Shown here: positions 32,600 through 45,337 of the stretch, in pieces
How positions within the stretch are numbered: position 1 is the stretch's first letter
Layout of the letters: each line of letters starts with the position of its first letter
Origin: Malacoraja senta
Taxonomy: Eukaryota
Length of the DNA: 64,000 nucleotides
Reading direction: 5' to 3'
NCBI GenBank assembly: GCA_038087875.1
Contig: CM075994.1
Location: forward strand, 806,001-870,000
Program-made: the position numbers and the translations under genes
Notes under the pieces: generated by a model
The model's input: the letters and a program-made list of their open reading frames with translations, nothing else
What the model was told of the DNA's origin: nothing
The model's database searches: none

Positions 32600-35500
32600 A
32601 TGGGAACGTACGCACTTCACATCGAGATCTTCTACCCGATTATTGCAGTCATTGGTGTGCCTGGTAAGTCATTTCTTTTAATGTAGCGGTGGTTTTCTCT
32701 CCGTCCCTCCCCCACCCTAGTTGTCGTACTAGTTTCACTGTCGTCTTATTGAGTTTCACTGTCTGTATAACTCGTTATCACCTAGCCCTCATCCAACAAT
32801 GGGCCATCATGGGCTCTCCATTTCATTGATCATCGTTACTTTATGCATAGCTTTCATTCATTTGCTCTTTATATCTCTCCATCACCGACTATATCTCTCG
32901 TTTTCTTTTCTCCTTACTGGTCTGAAATAAAGGTCTCGACCCGAAATGTCACGTATTGCTTCTCTCCAGAGATGCTGTCTGACCCACTGAGTTAATCCAG
33001 CATTTGTGTGCCTCTTAGCAGAATGATGCCTGCTTTAGCGGGAATCAGCTACAAGGAGAAGTCGGACAGACTTGGATTGTTTTCTCTGGAATACCGAAGG
33101 TTGAATGGAGACCTTCTATGTCTCTTCATTGTTTTTGGCTGCAGTTGATTTCTCTGCATCCATTGTGCCAGTCAGTGGTCAGAGTCAGGGCAACGATGAG
33201 ATTGTTCACTTTTGTGCTCTTGGTTTCAATGCTAAGGGAAGACGGATTGCTTCTAACATTGGGCAGGTAGTCGCTGGTCTGCGCAGGCCCGACGGGCCGA
33301 ATGGCCTGTTTTCACTCTTATTGTCTAAAATTATGTGTAGCACCGTGGCGCAGAGGGAGAGTTGCTGCCTCACATCGCAAAAGACCTGGGTTCAGTCCTG
33401 ACCTCGGGTGTTGTGTATGGCCTGGATGGAGTGAATGTGAAGAGCCCGTCAAGTCTACTGTAACATTCAGTCATGGCTGATCTATCTTCCCCTGATCACC
33501 CCCATTCGCCTGCCTTTTTCCCCTCTCCTTTAACAACCTTATTGATCAAGAGCCTGTCAATCTCCGGTTAAGAAATACCCAAATGACTTGGATCGTATTC
33601 AGTTCAGTTGAATTTAGTTCATTATCACGTGTACCGAGGTACAGTGAAAAGCTTTTGTTGCGTGCTAACCAGTCAGCGGAAATCACGATTACAATCGAGC
33701 CATTTCCAGTGTACAGATACATGATAAGGGAATGACGTTCAGTGCAAGGTAAAGACATCAGTCCGGTCACACATGGTCCGAGTGTCACCAATGAGGTAGA
33801 AAGTAGTTCAGGACTGCTGAAATTATTGTTACATTTATTGCCGTTCCCTACAGATGCAGTCCCCTACGCCTCTATCCCATTTCCCTCTTGCTTCTCGCCG
33901 TTGTGTGTTTCCTTACAGCCAACTTGATGTCCTTGGTGATCCTGTTCCGAGGAAAGTGCGGTCTCTCCAAAGACATCACCTGCTACATGATGGCCATGGC
34001 GATGGGTGATCTCATGGTGTTGGTCTTCAACGTCATAGTCAGCCAGATAGTCAGGTACGTACTGGATACCTGCTCCAACCTCATCTACTGCATGTGTAGG
34101 AAGGAACTGCAGATGCTGGTTTACGCCGAAGATAGACACAAAATGCTGGAGTAACGCGGCGGGACAGGCAGCATCTGCGGATAGAAAGAATGGGTGACGT
34201 TTCGGGTCGAGAGCCTTCTTCAGACTGAGAGACAGTGGAAGGGGACACGCAGAGATATGAAAAGGAAAGGTGTGAAAACGAGACATCAAATGGGACGCTG
34301 TTAGCGTACAATACGATAGAACTTTACTAATCCCAGGAGGGAAAGTATTCTGCTAACAGTCATTAAAAAAAACAAGATACATTAAATTAAAGTGACGAAT
34401 GGGAAGGTTTGGGGATGTGCAAAGATTTGGGAAGGGGCGTGGGGGTGAAGTGGTATTCTGATCAAGGGAAAAGTAGAATGGACCATTGTTAGCTCGGGGA
34501 AGTGGACAACGAAGCAAAGAGAGATACATATTTACTCAAAGGGACAGTCAGACTGGTCGGGGAATTAGGATGGGATGGAGAGAGTGGAAAAGCAAGGGTC
34601 ACTTGGAGTTAGAGAAGTCAAGCTGGGGTGTAAGCTGCCCAAGCGAAACACGAGGTGCTGTTGCTCCTGTTTGCGCTGGGCCTCACTCTGACAATGGAGG
34701 AGGCCCCTGACAGAATGGGTAGGTGTGCGAATGGGAGGAGGAGTAAAAGTGTTTGGCCACCGGGAGATATCCCAGTTCCCGATGTGGCCTCCTGGACATC
34801 GGCAACACAATGTGTAGACTGGGCGAAAATTTCGCCGAACACTTGCGCTCGGTCCGCCAAGACCTGCTGGCTCTCCCGGTTTTTAACCATTCCCTTCCCG
34901 TTCCCACACTGGCCTTTTTTTTAATCCTGGGCCTCCTTCACTGCCAGAGTGAGGCCACACGCAAACTGGAGGAACAGCATCTTACGGTTTTTAAACGGTA
35001 TGAACATTGAATACTTCGCTTTTAGGTAACCTTTCACCAACCTCCCGCAAAGCCCATTCCATTCTACCCCACACCACCCCTCTCTCTTCCCACGCCTCCC
35101 CGCTCCTGTTCCCCGCACAGCACTAAAGACCTGGGTTCGACTCTGACTTTGGTGTGTCTGTGTGTAGTATGAACATTCTGCCTGTGACTGCGTGGGTTTT
35201 ATCCAGGTGCTCCGGATTGCTCCCACACTCCACTGGTCTGATTGCAAAAGTTAGAGGAAACCTTGGGCACCTGGAGATACCCACGATGTCACGGGGACAA
35301 CGGCCAATCTCCGAGCAGACTGCACCCGTAGTCAGAATCGAACCCGGGCCTCTGGCAGCAACTCTACCGCTGCGCCACCGTGCCGACCCGCTGCGTTACT
35401 CCAGCGTTTTGTGTTTATCTTTCCTCCATTTGCTGCCTGACCCGCTGAGTTACTCCAGCGTTTTGTATATCTATTTTTCTTTGCCGAGCCGCTGCCTGGC

Positions 35501-36325
35501 CCGCTGAGTCACCCCGAGGTTTCTTGTCCTTTCAGGTACCACTTCCCCGGGTCTCCGCTCCGCTACACGCCCGTGTGCCGGCTCAGTGCCTACCTGCAAG
35601 GCTTCAGTTTCCAGCTCAATACCTGGTTCACCGTGGCCTTCACGTGTGACCGTTTCGTGGCTATCTGTTGCCGGAAGCTGAGGCGCACGTATTGCACCGA
35701 GCGAACCGCGGCGACGGTGTTAGCGGCGGTAGGAATGGTCAGCGTGTTGACGAACGCGCCCTGGCCTCTCCGCTACCAGCCCTGTCACACCGTTCACCGT
35801 GTAGCCTACGGTTGCTGCCCTGTGCCGGGTCACCTGGAATCTCCACTGTGGTCCGCCCATCGCTGGGCCTCCAACCTCCTCAACACCTTCCTCCCCATCC
35901 CCGCCCTGCTGCTTCTGAATTCGCTGACCGCCAGACACATCCTGTGGGCTAGCAGGGCCCGACTGGCCCTGAAGGGCCCTCTCCAGGTGGGCGGGGGCAA
36001 CGACCCCGAGGTCAGGAGCCGGAGGGCTTCGATCGCCCTGCTGTTCGCCGTCTCCTGGAGCTTCGTGGCGCTGGCCGTTCCCATCACGGTGATCCACGCC
36101 TGGGTGGGGGTGAGCGGGAGGGTGATGTTCCGCGGTCCCCGCTCGCTGTACGCGGCCGTGCAAGTCGCGATGCTGCTGAAGTGCCTCGGTTCCTGCACAA
36201 ACTCCTGTGTCTACGCCCTCACCCAGAGCAGGTTCAGAGCGCAGTTGAAAGCCCTGCTCACATCCCCCTTCGCTGCTCTGTGCATAGGTGTTAAGGTGAG
36301 GGGGAAAGATGTACGAGGAACCTGA
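32600..36325 (+). CDS. GPR139/GPR142-like 7TM GPCR, copy D, intact, 329 aa
   Basis: Exons 32600-32663, 33919-34054 and 35536-36325, with canonical splice sites, an open spliced frame and the same motifs as copy C. Confidence 0.9.
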
Positions 36326-37144
36326 GGGGTACCCTTCAGCCAAACTTGCTCACAATGGCCACCATGCTCCGTCTACACTAGGCCCACCTGCCTTCATTTG
36401 GTCCATATCCCTCCAAACCTGTCCGATCCATGTACGTGTATAAATGTTTCTTAAACGTTGTGATAATTAACCCTATGTCCTGCACTTAGAACTTGGAACT
36501 TAGCACTGGAACACAATGTCCGTGCCACAATGACCGTGCCAAACACGATGGCAAGATCATCTAATCTCTATGTTGCCGCGTGGGTTTCCTCTCGGTGCTG
36601 CATTTCCTTCCACACCCTAAACATTTTGTAAGATATTTGGACTCACCAAATTGCCCATTAGAGTATAGGGAGTTCTCCTCTCTCCCCTTTTCTCCCCTCT
36701 CCCATCGCGCAAAATGTATAGAAATATGAAAACACACACCTCAAGTTTCAGGGATAGTTTCTTCCCAACTGTTATCAAGAAACTGAAGCATCCCACCACA
36801 ACCAGTGAGCAGTGCTAAATTACTATCTACCTCATTTGTGACCGTCGGACTATTTTTTACCGGAATTTACTGGATTAACCTTGCACGAAACGTTATTCCC
36901 TTATCGTGTATCTGTACAATGTGGACGGCTCCATTGTAATCATGTATTGTCGGACTTCCGGTTGCGTCATGCTCTGTTAGCAGTCGCAAACTTTTTAGCT
37001 CCGCTGAAAAAAACGCGTTTTTTCGCGTTAAAATCGGGTCTGGAGGTCGGGACCGTTTTTAAAAACTTACCGGAGCTTCATGTCGCGGTGCTGATGACGT
37101 CATCAGTAAGCGCCGCGATTTTAACGGAGGGAAAGTCATTTTAA

Positions 37145-38140
37145 ATGAAAAGTACATCTCCAGGTCAGAGCCCACAGAGGAAAATCTCAAAACATCTGCT
37201 GAAGACTCTGGAACAGCAAGAAACTTCAGAACTGACCTCTGGAGAGGTCTCTGGAATGGCTACTCGATCTGCAAAAGAGAAAGCCGAAATGGAGGACTTA
37301 AGAAACTCGGTAAGAGATATCAAAAATGATATGGAAGCTGGGAACAGTAAATTGATGGCCGGTAATGATAAAATACTTGAGGGTATTGAGGCTCTCCAAA
37401 AAAGAATTGAAGGTGTGGAAAAAGGATTATCGATAAAAATTGAAAAGGTGGCAGAAGAGACCACAAAGATGTTTGAGGCTGTGCACGAAACTGTGGCTGC
37501 AAATGCATCTGCAGTGAAAGATTTGGAAGCTGCTGTGGAAGTGATGGCTGGAGAGATGCAGACTATGAAGTCAGAAATAGATAGTCTCAAGAACCAAGTC
37601 ACAAAGGTTTCGAATAAATGTGTTGACCTAGAAGCTCGCTCAAGACGTCAAAATATAAGAATACGTGGTGTAAAAGAGGGAGCTGAGGGGGACAATGTTT
37701 GTGAGTTCGCTGCCAACCTAATTAAACACGTACTGAAGCTACCAGAAGTACCTGAAATTGAAGTAGCACATCGACTCCCCAGATTTAAATCAAGATCTCA
37801 AGGAGAACATGCCTACCCACGACAGATCATAATTAAACTTCGGGATATCTCAACAATGGAAGCGCTGATGAAAAAAATCAACCACGGAGAGAAGATGATG
37901 TACAGAGGTGATACTATTAAACTCCTACGGGACTACCCTTATGAGATTAAGCAAAAGAGAAGAAAGTTCTCACAGACCAGAGAAGTTCTTTATGGTGTTA
38001 AGGGAGTTTTGTGTGGAGTGTTCTATCCGGCTAGAATGCGTATTACCTTTGAGGGAGTGTCAAAAACATTCACTTATTCGGATGAATCTCTCAAATACGC
38101 TCAAGAAATCGCGACTAAGGCTGCATCAACTGGAGATTGA
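37145..38140 (+). CDS. L1 ORF1p (coiled coil + RRM/CTD, Transposase_22-like), 331 aa
   Basis: Heptad-rich N-terminal half, then DLEARSRRQNIRIRGVKEGAE, IEVAHRL, PRQIIIKL and YPARMRI, typical of vertebrate L1 ORF1. Confidence 0.9.
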   Translation: MKSTSPGQSPQRKISKHLLKTLEQQETSELTSGEVSGMATRSAKEKAEMEDLRNSVRDIKNDMEAGNSKLMAGNDKILEGIEALQKRIEGVEKGLSIKIEKVAEETTKMFEAVHETVAANASAVKDLEAAVEVMAGEMQTMKSEIDSLKNQVTKVSNKCVDLEARSRRQNIRIRGVKEGAEGDNVCEFAANLIKHVLKLPEVPEIEVAHRLPRFKSRSQGEHAYPRQIIIKLRDISTMEALMKKINHGEKMMYRGDTIKLLRDYPYEIKQKRRKFSQTREVLYGVKGVLCGVFYPARMRITFEGVSKTFTYSDESLKYAQEIATKAASTGD

Positions 38141-38424
38141 AAACCAAGACGACATGAACAAACGAACTTGCTTATTCTCCCAACAAGAGTATCACAAGGA
38201 AAGTGAATTAACTGAACACTGATTTTTTATTTTTTATTTGACTTCAAGCAACAGATTCTTAGTGAGACGTGGCTAGACATTATTATCTTCGCTGGAACAT
38301 TGTGCTATGTAATTCAAGGACACTACGTGCTCAAACGAGGAAAACCTGATAACACGGGACGAACTGCTGGGCTGAGAGTGAAAAACATCACATGGCTTAT
38401 ATTGTTTATAAAAAACTGAAAAAA

Positions 38425-38961
38425 CTGAGAACTAATAATAATTAATAATTAACAATACTAATATAGAAATAGCAATTGAAATAGATAAAAAATGTGCAGC
38501 CTGCTCTGTTTAGCAGATAACAGCAAGTGCTATGCAGCTCGAGAGTGGAGGGAGGGGGAGACCGGGTACCTGGCATAACTCCAGGAGCCATACTCCCGTT
38601 AACCCTTCCAGCGAACAGCTCATTTTTAACAATATTAAAACCAATTTAAAATAGTTAAGAGATAATATACACTCGAGGTTGGTATGAAAAATATATACGG
38701 CTTATATAGTTTTACAAAATGCTGAGAATTAATCATAATTAATAATTAACAATACTAATATAGAAATAATATTTGAAACTGATAAAACTGTGGTGCCTGC
38801 GTCATAACGCAGACAGCAGTTATCACATATGTTCGCAGCTCGTGGAGAGGAGAGGAGATCAGGCACCTGGCACAATTCCAGGAACCTGACTCCGGTTAAT
38901 CCACTCAGTAAACCGCTCACTTTAACAATACTAAATTCATTTTAAAATAGTTAAGAGATAA
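38425..38961 (+). repeat. Two diverged ~240-bp direct repeats in the L1 inter-ORF spacer
   Basis: Copies 38425-38665 and 38722-38961 share ataattaataattaacaatactaatatagaaata near their starts and tttaaaatagttaagagataa at their ends. Confidence 0.85.
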
Positions 38962-39358
38962 AGAGTGAGTAGGATATGGAATCGAATACATTTGACATAT
39001 ATATAAATTGTAACTGGGTGAAATAGAACTGAATTGGAAACGGTAATGACCCCATAGATTTTGGGTAATAAATACAGCGGGGCTAACTTTATACCAACTA
39101 CGCCGGAAGCGTTATGGATGTCGTACCCCACAGACGAGTGGGCCACTCACTACGGTGTTGAAATTTTAGACACCGTAAATTTATTTGATTTATATATATT
39201 TTTTTTAATCACAATATGTCACATCTGTGTGTTTTTTCTTCAAGGACAATCGCGCAGGAGAACTACCAAGGAAGTCTATAATAGAAATACTCCCAAAATA
39301 ACCAGAGTCCGGAGGTATGAACGCACCATAATAATTAAGGTCATTAAAACTGGTAAAA

Positions 39359-42300
39359 ATGCATGACGACAATCAAAAGAAAATAGGAGGAATCACATTA
39401 TGTAGTTGGAATATAAGGGGGATTAATGAACCTATTAAAAGGGGCAAGATACTAGCTCAGTTGAAATCATACAACACGGACATTGCGTTTCTACAGGAAA
39501 CACATCTTAAACAGCAAGATCAGACAAGACTGAGGGCGAACTGGATAGGCCAAACATTTCACTCTTCATTTACCTCCAAATCTAGAGGTACTGCAATTAT
39601 TATTCGTAAAGGAATTCCATTTAAATCAAAGAACACTATTTTAGATAAGGAAGGGAGATATCTTATAGTAGCAGGGGAGATCAATAATATGCCAATTACG
39701 CTGGTAAACATATATGCGCCCAACTTTGATAACCCTCAATTTTTTAATAAAATTCTGAATATAATTGCAGAATGTAATTATCAAAATGTTATAATCGGAG
39801 GAGATTTTAATTGTGTTTTAGATCCTTATTTAGATAAATCGATGCAAAAACAAAAAGGTCAGACGAAATCTAAAACCAGTGAACTCTTACACACATATAT
39901 GGAAAACACAAATATAACAGATGTATGGAGGATTGCAAACCCGACGGGAAGGGATTACTCGTTTTATTCAATGGTGCATAAAACATATTCACGGATAGAC
40001 TATTTTCTTGTGGATACAAAATTAATTCCGCAATCTCTGAATCCTAAATATCATATTAATGCGATCTCAGATCATTCTCCGTTAACTTTTGTTCTAAAAC
40101 TAGAAGGAATGTCTATGAATAAACCGTTCTGGAGGTTTAACTCACACATTTTAAAAGACCCTCAAGGGAGTATCTATCTAAAAAAACAGATGGATCTATT
40201 TTTTGAGTTAAATGATACACCAGAGATATCCCCCACGTTATTATGGGAATCCTTCAAAGCATTTATAAGAGGAGTCATTATTTCATTTCAAGCTTATCAA
40301 AATAAAAAGAATAAGAATGAACAAAGACACTTAGAAGATCAAATAAAACAGTTAGATATAGATAATGCTAAAGACCCAACTATGGATAAACATAATAAAA
40401 TACTACTACTGAAATTTCAGTTAAATAAATTACTGTCAGAGAAAGTTATAACATTATTTCAAATCACAAAACAAGAACACTTCGAATTCGGGGACAAACC
40501 CCACAAACTTCTAGCACGACAACTTAAAAAACGGGAAAAAGAGAATGCAATATTAAAGATTAAATCAGATAGAGGGGAAGTATTAACACTACCCAAGGAT
40601 ATTAATAAAAGATTTGCTCAATTTTACCAGAATCTATACACATCTAAAACGTCAATAGACAATAATAAAATCTCAGAATTTTTAGATAATTGTAATCTAC
40701 CACAATTAGAACGCAGGGAACAAGAGGAACTGGGAGCACAAATTACTTCTAAGGAGATAGAAGACACAATAAAAACACTAAAAAATGGAAAAACACCAGG
40801 ACCAGACGGATTCAGTAATGAATTTTATAAATCTTTTTATGATATAGTTACTCCATGATTACAAAAAATGTATACATATGCTTATAAAGAGCAAAACCTA
40901 CCTGAAACACTAGCGGAATCAACGATCATATTAATACTTAAAAAAGATAAAAAATATAGAAGAACCAGGATCATATAGAGCTATTGCTTTGTTAAATACG
41001 GATCAGAAAATAATAGCAAAAACATTAGCCAATAGATTAAGCAAGTATGTTAGTAGACTAATACATGAGGATCAAACAGGATTTATACCTAAGAGACACT
41101 CATTTAATAATTTGAGACGTTTGCTTAACATAATGCATTCACATAAATCTTATGACCAAGAGTTAGCTATCATCTCACTGGACGCAGAAAAAGCGTTTGA
41201 TCAAGTAGAATGGGACTATATGATCAAAGTATTGCAAAAATTCCAATTGGGAGAAAACTTTATTGCATGGATAAAACTACTATATAACAAACCTACGGCT
41301 AGAATACTAACTAATAATATATTATCTTCAAAATTCGAATTATCTAGGGGCAACAGACAAGGATGTTCACTATCACCGCTGTTATTTGCTTTGGTAATTG
41401 AACCCCTTGCTGAAAAAATAAGAACACACTCGAATATTCACGGTTATAACACAAAATATTCAAACAACAAACTATCCCTATATGCTGATGATGTACTACT
41501 GTACATCACAAAACCACAAATTAGTATACCAAATATATTAAACTTAATTGAGGACTTTGGATCCTTTTCAGGATATAGAATAAATTGGAACAAAAGTGAA
41601 ATTATGTCGATTAAACCAAAAGACTCAACACATCTCAGGAAATTCCCTTTTAAAATAGCTATGGAAAAATTCAAATATTTAGGAATTGAGATTACTAGAA
41701 ATTACCATGATATGTTTAAAGCTAATTATAATCCCCTACTTAAGAAATTAAATAATTTGATTAAATTTTGGAAAACACTTCCGATGTCCTTAATAGGTAG
41801 GATAAATGCTATAAAAATGATTTTCTTACCACAAATCCTTTACCTATTTCAATCAATACCTATATATCTCCCAAAAAAGTTTTTCAAAAAACTGGACTCA
41901 GACATTACAAATTTTATATGGGATTACAAATCCCACAGAATACAAAGACCACACCTTAACAAACGAAAAGAGTTGGGGGGTCTAGCGCTCCCTAACTTTA
42001 TGTATTATAACTGGGCAGTAAATATTAAAAATATGATTCACCTGCTGGATAATTCTGCCCAGCAGGTGGACTGGATTATAATGGAAAAAGGGGATTGCTC
42101 CCCGAATAATATAGGAGCGATTATTCTCTCTCCAATAAATTTGAATAATAAAAATTATGATAAAAATCCAATTATATATAGCACTATTAGAACATGGAAG
42201 CAAATAAAACAGAATCTAAAATTAAGAAACCTATCTCTCTTAATACCAATAGTCAATAACCCATCGTTTAAACCTTCAATCATAGATAAATCATTTATAC

Positions 42301-43151
42301 AATGGGAAAGAATGGGAATCAAAACGCTCGAAGATCTGTATGAATTAGAAAAATCACTATCATTTCAACAACTACAACTGAAATATAATTTGAAAAATAA
42401 TCAATATTTTAAATATCTACAAATCTGTGACTATTTGAAAACACACACAAAAGATTATTATAATATGCCTTCCAACTTACTAGATGAAGCAATGAAGACA
42501 AAGGCGGAATCAGTTAATTTAATATCATACTTATATAATATCATCTTAAACATAGAAATACCCACAACAGATGGAATTAGAAGAGATTGGGAACAAGATC
42601 TAGGTATAAAAATTTCAAAAGAGAGTTGGGATAATCATTTATTACAGGTGCATAAATGCTCGATCAACGTACGACATACGCTTATCCAATTTAAAACATT
42701 ACATAGATTATATTATTCAAAAACCAAACTAAATAACATCTTTCCTAACGTCTCACCAATCTGTGATAAATGTATATGTCAAGAAGCTACCATAGCACAT
42801 TCTTTTGTTTTTTGTACAAAAATCCAAAAATTCTGGTTTGAAATATTTGATATTTTTTCAAAATTAATCAAAATAAAACTGGTACCAAAACCAGAATGGA
42901 TTATTTTTGGAATATCGGAAGGTATTCCTGAATTAAACGTGTATCAGAAGAATTTACTCAATTATGGGCTAATAATGGGAAAAAAGCTTATACTTAAATT
43001 CTGGAAAAATGCGCCCACACCAACAATAAAAATGTGGACATCAAATATGTTGGAAACATTACATCTGGAAGAGATGAGATGCCTCCTAGTAGGCAAAGTA
43101 GACCAATTTCAAATGACGTGGTCTACGTTTTTGGACCTATTACAAGCATGA
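39359..43151 (+). pseudogene. L1 ORF2p (APE endonuclease-RT-zinc knuckle), disrupted
   Basis: Motifs SWNIRG, LQETH, NIYAPN, GGDFN, SRIDY, SDH, PGPDGF, LDAEKAFD, RQGCSLSP, YADD, YLGI and CDKC..H...C. Stop TGA at 40856-40858 and a +1 frameshift in the A-run 40949-40954. Confidence 0.9.
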
Positions 43152-43734
43152 GGTGCAATAGTAATTTAGAAAAACAAATAAATAAATAAAAGGTATCTGG
43201 ACCTGGTAATGGGAGGTAAAACAAAAACAGACTTGGTTGGTAGTTCCTTCTCTATGAAGTATGTTATAAGAGTTATAATAGAGCGATTGTTCCTTCTTTC
43301 TTTCTCTTTCTTTTCTAGGGTCTATTTTCTAACTTTACTTCCTTCTCTAACTTCTTTTCTAAGGGGCTTTCTTTTCCCAACACTCTTTTGCACTTCACAA
43401 CCTTTGTGCACTTTCTTCACTTTTCTTACTTCTTTCTTTTTCTTTCTTAAAGTTTAAAAAAGTGAAGCGGTACAAAAAATGTATTAATATATACGTGTTG
43501 TACATTACTGTAATCTACCGTACTTCTATTAAAAAAATTATTAAAAAAAAAAAAAAAAAAAAAAATTAATCATGTATTGTCTTTCCGCTGACTGGTTAGC
43601 ACGCAACAAAAAGTTTTAACTGTACCTCCGTTAACGTGACAACAAACAAAACGAAATTATTCCTACTGTATGCGTCTACTAGGGTGACAGATAGACTCTT
43701 TTATTGTTCCAGATTAAAATAAAACATGAATTGG

Positions 43735-45337
43735 ATCATCATTGAATCATTGAACTATTGAATCATTCAACCATTGAATCATTGAATCATTGAGCCATTG
43801 AGCCATTCAATCATTGAACCATTGAGCCATTGAATCATTGAGCCAATGAGCCATTGAACCATTGAACTATTGAGCCATTGAATCATTGAACCATTGAACG
43901 ATTGAGCCATTGAGTCATTGAACCATTGAATCGTTGAGCCATTTGTCCTTTAATCTGGTTGATCACAAACTCTGTTCTCATTGGGTCCATTCGAAGCGGG
44001 GAGAAATCTCGTCTGCACGGAGTAAATAACATTAATTGAATCATTGAACCACAGAACCATTGAATCATTGAGCCAATGAATCATTGGATCATTGAATCAT
44101 TGAACCGTTGAACCGTTGAGCCATTGAGCCATTGAGCCATTGAACCATTGAACAATTGAATCATCGAATCATTGAACCATCGAATCATTGAACAATTGTA
44201 TCATTGAGCCTTCAAAACATCGAACCATTGAACCATTGAATCATGGAATCGTTGAATCATTGATCATTGAGAAATTTTGAATGATTGAACCATTGAGCCA
44301 TTGAACCATTGAACCATTGAGCCATTGAATCATTGAATCATTGAATCATTGAACCATTGAGCCATTGAATCATTGAGCCATTGAATCATTCAATCATTGA
44401 ATCATTGAATCATTGAATCATTGAACCATTGAATCATTCAACCATTCAGTCAGTGAACCATTGAATCATTGAACCAGTCAGCCATTGAGCCATTGAGCCA
44501 TTCAATCATTCAACCATTGAGCCATTGAATCATTGAACCAATGAGCCATTGAACCATTGAACTATTGAGCCTTTGAATCATTGAACCATTGAATCATTCA
44601 ACCATTCAACCATTATAACCATATAACCATATAACAATTACAGCACGGAAACAGGCCATCTCGGCCCTTGTAGTCCGTGCCGAACACTCTCACCTAGTCG
44701 CATCTACCTGCACTCAGACGATAAGCCATTGAACCATTGAAACAATGAATCATTGAATCGTTGAACGATTGAGCCATTGAATCATTGAACCATTGAACGA
44801 TTGAGCCATTGAGCCATTGAACCATTGAATCATTGAGCCATTTGTCCTTTAATCTGGTTGATCACAAACTCTGTTCTCATTGGGTCCATTCGAAGCGGGG
44901 AGAAATCTCGTCTGCACGGAGTAAATAACATTAATTGAATCATTGAACCACAGAACCATTGAATCATTGAGCCAATGAATCATTGGATCATTGAATCATT
45001 GAACCGTTGAACCGTTGAGACATTGAGCCATTGAGCCATTGAACCATTGAACCAATGAATCATCGAATCATTGAACCATCGAATCATTGAACAGTTGTAT
45101 CATTGAGCCTACAAAACATCGAACCATTGAACCATTGAATCATGGAATCGTTGAATCATTGATCATTGAGAAATTTTGAATGATTGAACCATTGAGCCAT
45201 TGAACCATTGAACCATTGAGCCGTTGAATCGTTGAACCATAGAGCCATTGAACCATTTAGCTATTAAGCCATTGAACCATTGAGCCATTGAATCCTTGAA
45301 CCATAGAGCCATTGAACCAATGAACCATTGAGCCATT
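43735..45337. repeat. Octamer satellite, unit D (internally duplicated)
   Basis: Direct reading; block ~43890-44310 recurs at ~44780-45200. Confidence 0.95.

Larger units (their letters stand above)
36952..43566 (+). mobile_element. Full-length L1-clade (L1/Tx1) LINE
   Basis: Starts GGACTTCCGG and contains ORF1, a ~1.2-kb spacer, ORF2 and a poly(A) at 43543-43565. A 15-bp TSD TAATCATGTATTGTC lies at 36937-36951 and 43567-43581. The empty site is seen in paralogous units (e.g. ~25860-25890). Confidence 0.95.

Noticed and set aside
39061..39366. 101-aa ORF in the L1 spacer as a third L1 protein
   Set aside because: It has a non-ATG start (TTG), no recognisable motif, and only one copy here, so conservation cannot be assessed.
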